Source: an archaeon | GTDB lineage: Archaea; Asgardarchaeota; Thorarchaeia; Thorarchaeales; Thorarchaeaceae | DNA length: 12,874 nucleotides | Reading direction: 5' to 3' | Assembly (NCBI GenBank): GCA_024276825.1 | Contig: JAJRWI010000035.1 | Location: 1-12,874, forward strand | Part shown: positions 8,304 through 12,874 of the stretch, piece after piece | Layout: each line of letters opens with the position of its first letter | Position numbering within the stretch: position 1 is the first letter of the stretch | Program-made: the position numbers and the translations under genes | Notes under the pieces: model-generated | Database searches by the model: none | Told to the model about the DNA's origin: nothing | Seen by the model: only the letters and a program-made list of their open reading frames with translations

Positions 8304-10658
8304 TTATGCGCCAGCACCTCTTCTTCTTTTCACTAAAACGACTACGACAACCACTACTGCAACTACTCCAATCGCACCACCAATGACAAGTGGGTCAAAT
8401 CCAGCTGCGGCACTGCCCCCACCAGAACTTGGGAAATAGTGAGGTGCAGGGGGATGCTCATACTTGTTTGTTGTGAATGGGGATATTAGTATGTCAAAAG
8501 AACCTTCAGTGCCTGCTGTCCTTGTTAGCGTTATCATGAGATAGACTTTGTTTGATACAGCACCAAATTGAAACTGACCTTTAGAAGCATCACCAACAAG
8601 AGCATCATCAAGACTGAAGTATTGAAGAATTTGAGTGAATCCACGATATACTTGATAAGCAGAAATATCATCGATCGATGAAACATCCTCCGTTATATAG
8701 GTGACATTATACCAAGTTCCTGCAACTGCATTCATCTCAAGCAGATAGATCTCAGTGGGATCACCAGGTTCACCAAGTGTTATGTTAACCCAATCTGTGC
8801 TTCCATGAGTCCATGTTGTAGTTCCGTTAAATGCCCTGTCATTGTAATCTTCAAAAGTGATGTTGAATCCAAGAGTGTGCTCACCAGGCAGTGTACTAAG
8901 TCCTGATGTGTTATTGGACACTGAGTATGGACTTATTGCAATAATTCCAAATCCATCATCGAACATGTCATATGTGGTTGGAAATCCAGTATGCAGGGTT
9001 GTTTGATTTTCTGGAAAAGCAATCCAAGCAGTGCCTGATTGCTGATTACCAAGAGTGACATCAACATTTCGTAGTTCATTGCCATATTGGTTGAATAGAT
9101 AGATATTCTGAGAAGAGGAGATATTTTCATGATTCAATAGTGTCACATTGACCTCGTAGAATGTGAGGTAGTTGGTAGGAACCTTTACTCCAACAATATC
9201 ACCAACATCAACAGGCACAGCACCATCGCCATCGATCACAGGGCCAAGATTGAATGTTGTCAGGGGAGGATTTAGAGTGCTGCCCTCTCCAATCAAGAGA
9301 TAATTGCCTGTAGGTAAGTATATTGGCTGAGCATCGCTAAATACTTCATCGTCATCGAGGTTACTTAGTCTATAGACACCATTTTCTTGAACAGTGAAAA
9401 TCTTCCACTGAAAGGCAGAAGAGTCAGTAGTATTCACTTTCATCAAGGAGTCTTGAGCCAAATTCAGTTTAAAGGCAAATGTTGCAGTGTCGAGTCTATT
9501 TTCCTCCAAATAAATAGGAACGCCTATTGGAAGTGTCGGAATATCTGGCGTCCAATGATAAAAGGAGTAAGAGGTCTCCTCCATTCCTACAATTGTGATG
9601 TAATAGATCTCACCTTGGAAGGACTGATAATAAAACACTCCACCAGCAGGATTCAGGTTGTCGAAATACTTGCTACCTGATGGGAGAAATGTCTTGTCTG
9701 ATGTTACCTGAACCCTTGTTTGAAATGGAGTATAGATATCATCATCCAGCTCGGGAGAATTCACAGAGTATTCTACTACTGCAGGCATGCTTGTGTTTGA
9801 TCTTACTTTGAAAGTCCGAGCAGTGGGGGCCTTTTCTCTATGAATGATATCGCCACCATTAGGATTTACCATAAATTCGCTGCCCTCCAGGACACCTTCA
9901 ACAATCATTCCTGAATCAAGTTCTTCAGGGGCAATTGATTGAAGTTCAAGAGTTAATGAGTTGAGTTGAGACTTGGCTCCATAAGAGTATATCATGATGA
10001 AATACATTCCCGGGCCGTTTGTCGCAAAGGGAAGGATATCAATATCTCCATCATTGATTGTAGCAAAACCACACATTCTGCCATATGGGTCAATCACAGA
10101 GATTCCAAATGTGATATCATCTTGATGTGATATTATCTTCAGATAGAAAAACTCCTCGTCAGTAACATTGAATGTCCCATAGTATGGACGATCTTGTTTG
10201 ATTATTATGGAGACTTCCTCATTAATTGGCATACCAAAATAGGTGATCCTATCCACCGCAGTGAGGTCATATGTGTTAGTTGAATTCATGAACTCATAAA
10301 ATATCGGGAGAGTCGTCCAGTTGGATAACCAGCCATTCATGGCATACCAAGACTCTTGAAAAGCAACTTCCTTTGTTCCGACTCCAGGCAGAGCAAAGGA
10401 GCTAAGCCACCACCTATTAGTTCCATAGTGATATTTCTTCACATTCATCTCATTGGAATAAGTCACCCGCGAGTAATCATAGAGTTCTCTCATATCGGGT
10501 GCTGTATAGACATATGTATGTCCGTTCGCATCAGGTTCGAATTCTTGAGTGAATGTGAAGTCGTAAAGTGTTGCATTGTAGGCATTCACCATTGGCGTGC
10601 TCAAATTCAATAGAATCATAAAGAGAGCTAAAAATGGCGCAGCTTTACTTCCTTTCAT
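8304..10658 (-). CDS. Uncharacterised secreted, C-terminally membrane-anchored beta-rich surface protein
   Basis: The frame is open from TTG 10682/ATG 10679. ATG 10658 gives the cleanest signal peptide (MKGSKAAPFLALFMILLNLSTPMVNA), so the start is uncertain. The body is aromatic and beta-strand rich, followed by a Pro/Gly linker, a Val-rich TM helix and a KRRR tail. Confidence 0.8.
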   Translation of the reverse strand: MKGSKAAPFLALFMILLNLSTPMVNAYNATLYDFTFTQEFEPDANGHTYVYTAPDMRELYDYSRVTYSNEMNVKKYHYGTNRWWLSSFALPGVGTKEVAFQESWYAMNGWLSNWTTLPIFYEFMNSTNTYDLTAVDRITYFGMPINEEVSIIIKQDRPYYGTFNVTDEEFFYLKIISHQDDITFGISVIDPYGRMCGFATINDGDIDILPFATNGPGMYFIMIYSYGAKSQLNSLTLELQSIAPEELDSGMIVEGVLEGSEFMVNPNGGDIIHREKAPTARTFKVRSNTSMPAVVEYSVNSPELDDDIYTPFQTRVQVTSDKTFLPSGSKYFDNLNPAGGVFYYQSFQGEIYYITIVGMEETSYSFYHWTPDIPTLPIGVPIYLEENRLDTATFAFKLNLAQDSLMKVNTTDSSAFQWKIFTVQENGVYRLSNLDDDEVFSDAQPIYLPTGNYLLIGEGSTLNPPLTTFNLGPVIDGDGAVPVDVGDIVGVKVPTNYLTFYEVNVTLLNHENISSSQNIYLFNQYGNELRNVDVTLGNQQSGTAWIAFPENQTTLHTGFPTTYDMFDDGFGIIAISPYSVSNNTSGLSTLPGEHTLGFNITFEDYNDRAFNGTTTWTHGSTDWVNITLGEPGDPTEIYLLEMNAVAGTWYNVTYITEDVSSIDDISAYQVYRGFTQILQYFSLDDALVGDASKGQFQFGAVSNKVYLMITLTRTAGTEGSFDILISPFTTNKYEHPPAPHYFPSSGGGSAAAGFDPLVIGGAIGVVAVVVVVVVLVKRRRGAGA

Positions 10659-10703
10659 TATAAATCCCGTGAGATTCATCAAGTAAAACGAAATAAAGTT
10701 TTG

Positions 10704-10712
10704 GGAATTTCA
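10704..10712 (+). repeat. Left target-site duplication GGAATTTCA
   Basis: Identical to 11711-11719. The match extends to 10 bp (GGAATTTCAA) if the IS starts at 10714. Confidence 0.88.
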
Positions 10713-10730
10713 AGCCCTGTGTAAAAAGTC
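10713..10730 (+). repeat. Left terminal inverted repeat AGCCCTGTGTAAAAAGTC
   Basis: The reverse complement of 11693-11710 is GGCTCTGTGTAAAAAGTC. Mismatches are at positions 1 and 4. Confidence 0.9.
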
Positions 10731-10751
10731 GTTGATGTAATACAAAGATTA

Positions 10752-10772
10752 GTGACCAGACTGACTGGTCAC
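10752..10772 (+). promoter_or_regulatory. Perfect 8-bp inverted repeat just upstream of the transposase start
   Basis: GTGACCAG-ACTGA-CTGGTCAC ends 7 nt before ATG 10780. A regulatory role is inferred from position only. Confidence 0.45.
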
Positions 10773-10779
10773 ATGATCT

Positions 10780-11694
10780 ATGAACTACCAGACATCATAT
10801 GACGCAGCCAGGTCTCGTCATCTTCAGTTCCTACTTGATGAACTTATCAAGCTTAGTAATATGGTCCCCACCAAGACCTCCAACTTTGGGAGACCCGTAG
10901 AGTTCCCTCTTCATACTCTCTTTGTCCTTCTGGGACTCAAGTTCGACTCCAGACTCGGGTACAGGACCTTCATCTCCCATCTCAACTCCAATCCGTACCT
11001 GCTCCAATGTCTTGGACTCAAGATGTCCCCCTCCTACTCACTCCTCCAACAGGCACTTAAACGACTGAACTCTCAACTCCTCCATCGCATGTATCAACTC
11101 CTTGCCCGGAAGAGACCCCCTCCAAGGAACATCGCGGTGGACTCCACAGGGTTCTCCCACTCCACCGGTGGAGAGTGGATGTCGTTGCGCCTCAAGAGGA
11201 CCCTGAAACGGCGTTTCACCGCACTTCACGCAGCCGTGGACACTGGCACACTCATGATCCATGCAGTGCGTGTACGAGCATGACCGGGCGGTGACGCAAA
11301 GGAGATGGTCCCACTCCTAAGACACGTGCCATCTCGGAATCTTGAGAATGTCTATGCTGACAGGGCCTACATCTCACGAAGGAATGTCCAACACATCCAT
11401 GACCTGGGGGCGTGTCCTGTGATCGAACCGAAGAAGAGGTTGAAGGCCCGGTCCCGGGGACACCGGGGATACAAGGAGTTGCTCGTAGAGTATCGACGAG
11501 ACCCTGAGGAATGGAGACGGGTCCATGAATATGGAAAGAGGAGTCTAGTGGAGACCGTGTTTGGAATGCTGAAGGTGAGGTCAGGTGGGGGGTTGAGTTC
11601 AAGAAGACACAAGGAGCAGCGGCGTGAGTTATTGATCAAGGTGGTCCTTCACAACATTCAACGTCTGAACCTCTTGGAGTGTGACGGGAGGTGA
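10780..11694 (+). pseudogene. IS5-family DDE transposase interrupted by a single in-frame TGA at 11281-11283
   Basis: Track ORFs 10780..11283 and 11305..11694 are in the same frame and join as HAVRVRA*PGGDAKEMVPLL. The first D is in IAVDSTG, the second D in VYADRAY, and the E is in YGKRSLVETVFGMLK, an exact Y(2)R(3)E(6)K signature. The stop separates the first D from the other two catalytic residues. Confidence 0.85.
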
Positions 11695-11710
11695 CTTTTT
11701 ACACAGAGCC
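11693..11710 (-). repeat. Right terminal inverted repeat GACTTTTTACACAGAGCC
   Basis: Pairs with 10713-10730 and overlaps the transposase stop codon (11692-11694). Confidence 0.9.
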
Positions 11711-11719
11711 GGAATTTCA
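11711..11719 (+). repeat. Right target-site duplication GGAATTTCA
   Basis: Identical to 10704-10712. Confidence 0.88.
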
Positions 11720-11724
11720 AATTG

Positions 11725-11732
11725 TTATAAAA
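11725..11732. promoter_or_regulatory. Candidate TATA box (TTATAAAA on +, TTTTATAA on -)
   Basis: Best TATA-like match in the divergent intergenic region. Before the IS inserted it would have been ~40 bp upstream of ATG 10679 on the - strand. Confidence 0.4.
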
Positions 11733-11787
11733 ATGATTACTAGTTCTGTCTTAATGCAGAAACAATATCCTTTAACTATGAAACTCT

Positions 11788-11803
11788 GATTCACGCGTGA
11801 GTC
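11788..11803. promoter_or_regulatory. Palindromic candidate operator GATTCACGCGTGAGTC
   Basis: Perfect 10-bp core TCACGCGTGA (11791-11800), 14/16 symmetric overall. It lies between a TATA-like TTTAACTA (11771-11778) and the acyl-CoA ligase start. Confidence 0.4.
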
Positions 11804-11834
11804 TAATGCATGTATGACCAAGGAGTTAAATGAT

Positions 11835-12874
11835 ATGGACCGACAAAAGGGCATTGATGTCTTGTTCAATCCAAGATCGATTGCTGTCATTGGTGCTTCA
11901 AGCAAGAAAGGAAAACTTGGCAACGATGTCATGAGAAACCTGATAGAGAGCGGATTCGATGGGAAGATCTACCCTGTGAATCCCAGAGGTGGTGAGATTC
12001 TTGGCCACCCAGTTTACAGAAAAATTGGGAATATCCCTGACGATGTTGATGTTGCCGTCATTGTTATACCTGCCAGATTCGTTTCACAGGTAGTTGAGGA
12101 GTGCGGGCAAAAGGGAGTAAAAGCACTGATCATCATAACTGCAGGCTTCAAAGAGATCGGCCATGAAGGGGCTAAGGCTGAAAAGAAACTGGTTGAGATT
12201 GCTGAGAAATATAACATGGTCATACAAGGTCCCAACTGCCTTGGCTTCATTAATATGTCGCGTCCATATAACGCCTCATTCTCATCAGGAACGCCAGAGA
12301 AGGGATCTATTGCATTTGCCTCGCAATCAGGAGCTTTGATGACAGGCATTCTAGACTGGAGCCTGATGGAGAACATAGGATTCTCAAAATTCGTCAGTCT
12401 TGGGAACAAGGCACAACTAAATGAGTCCGATTTTGTTGAGGCCTTTGGTCGAGACCCTGACTCCACATTCATTTTGCTCTATATTGAGTCGGTGACAGAT
12501 GGTCGCAAATTCATGGAGGTCTGCCGCAAGGTGGTGCCCAAGAAGCCGATCTTTGTTGTAAAGTCAGGAGTCAGCCAAGCAGGAGCCCTTGCAGCCTCCT
12601 CGCACACTGGGTCTCTGGCAGGGAGTGATACTGCATATTCAGCCGCATTCAAGCAGTGTGGTGTTATTCGCGCAGACAGCATTTCTGAATTGTTTGCAGT
12701 GGCAAACATCTACGATGACATGAACCTGCCTCGAGGAAACCGAGTGGCTATAATCACGAATGCTGGAGGACCCGGAATTCTCACTACTGATGCATGTGAA
12801 GCAAGTGGTCTTGAAGTTGCACAGTTGTCTGAAAAAACCATGGAATATCTGCGTAAGCATTTACCACCAGCAGC
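11835..12874 (+). CDS. acdA: Acetate--CoA ligase (ADP-forming) / NDP-forming acyl-CoA synthetase alpha subunit or domain; 3' end is outside the window
   Basis: My translation: MDRQKGIDVLFNPRSIAVIGAS...IYPVNP...IITAGFKEIG...GPNCLG...SQSGAL...VSLGNKA...LYIE...KSG...AASSHTGSLAG...IITNAGGPGILTTDA. The phospho-His motif is intact (CAC at 12603). AGGAG SD at 11821-11825; an alternative in-frame ATG is at 11814. No stop before the window ends. Confidence 0.92.
   Translation, partial: MDRQKGIDVLFNPRSIAVIGASSKKGKLGNDVMRNLIESGFDGKIYPVNPRGGEILGHPVYRKIGNIPDDVDVAVIVIPARFVSQVVEECGQKGVKALIIITAGFKEIGHEGAKAEKKLVEIAEKYNMVIQGPNCLGFINMSRPYNASFSSGTPEKGSIAFASQSGALMTGILDWSLMENIGFSKFVSLGNKAQLNESDFVEAFGRDPDSTFILLYIESVTDGRKFMEVCRKVVPKKPIFVVKSGVSQAGALAASSHTGSLAGSDTAYSAAFKQCGVIRADSISELFAVANIYDDMNLPRGNRVAIITNAGGPGILTTDACEASGLEVAQLSEKTMEYLRKHLPPA

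Larger units (their letters stand above)
10713..11710 (+). mobile_element. Insertion sequence, IS5 family (IS903-like group), 998 bp
   Basis: 18-bp terminal inverted repeats (16/18 match), a flanking 9-bp direct repeat GGAATTTCA, and one DDE transposase frame of ~304 codons ending inside the right TIR. Visibly more GC-rich than the flanks. Size, TIR length, GGC terminus and 9-bp duplication fit the IS903 group. Confidence 0.92.

Noticed and set aside
1150-10613. Short ORFs (61-97 aa) nested in or antisense to the four large genes
   Set aside because: All overlap well-supported CDSs and lack motifs. The hydrophobic or Thr-rich ones (2062, 4681, 8194) are just the reverse reading of linker and TM codons.
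2031-10658. Diversity-generating retroelement target or CRISPR-like array
   Set aside because: By eye I found no near-identical nucleotide repeat pair differing at adenines, no reverse transcriptase and no regularly spaced repeats. The repeats here are protein-level and diverged.
11038-11639. Antisense ORFs inside the IS (74, 116 and 90 aa)
   Set aside because: No recognisable motifs, and they overlap a clear transposase. GC-rich, self-complementary sequence yields such frames easily. Worth revisiting only if conserved among copies.
10780-11694. Two separate genes, or a programmed frameshift, for the transposase
   Set aside because: The two ORFs are in the same frame with one TGA between them, and the DDE triad is split across them. 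No frameshift is needed.
10704-11719. Bulge-helix-bulge splice motif formed by the paired IS ends
   Set aside because: The TIRs and duplicated targets can pair in RNA, but I could not build a 3-4-3 bulge-helix-bulge geometry, so intron-like removal has no direct support.
11717-12860. Minus-strand ORFs of 71, 152, 76 and 73 aa
   Set aside because: They are shadows of the + strand acyl-CoA ligase gene, which has strong family motifs.

Overview
Archaeal-looking window. An Asgard (Thorarchaeota-like) origin is my inference from the GGTGA ribosome-binding site, TATA-like boxes and the style of the surface proteins. Layout: (1) a + strand family I CoA-transferase/acetyl-CoA hydrolase fused to a C-terminal Pat-type GNAT domain; (2) three - strand genes for large secreted, C-terminally membrane-anchored proteins (two paralogous NosD/CASH-type beta-helix proteins with 2 and 3 Ig-like stalk repeats, and one uncharacterised beta-rich protein); (3) a complete 998-bp IS5-family (IS903-like) element with 18-bp TIRs and a 9-bp target duplication, sitting in a divergent promoter region, its transposase broken by one in-frame TGA; (4) the 5' part of an ADP-forming acetate/acyl-CoA ligase alpha gene, which the ORF track omits because it runs off the window. 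The most unusual signal is inside the IS. The C-rich 5' half and G-rich 3' half of the transposase gene are collinearly complementary, so about 780 nt can fold into a rod-like hairpin with the internal TGA near its apex.
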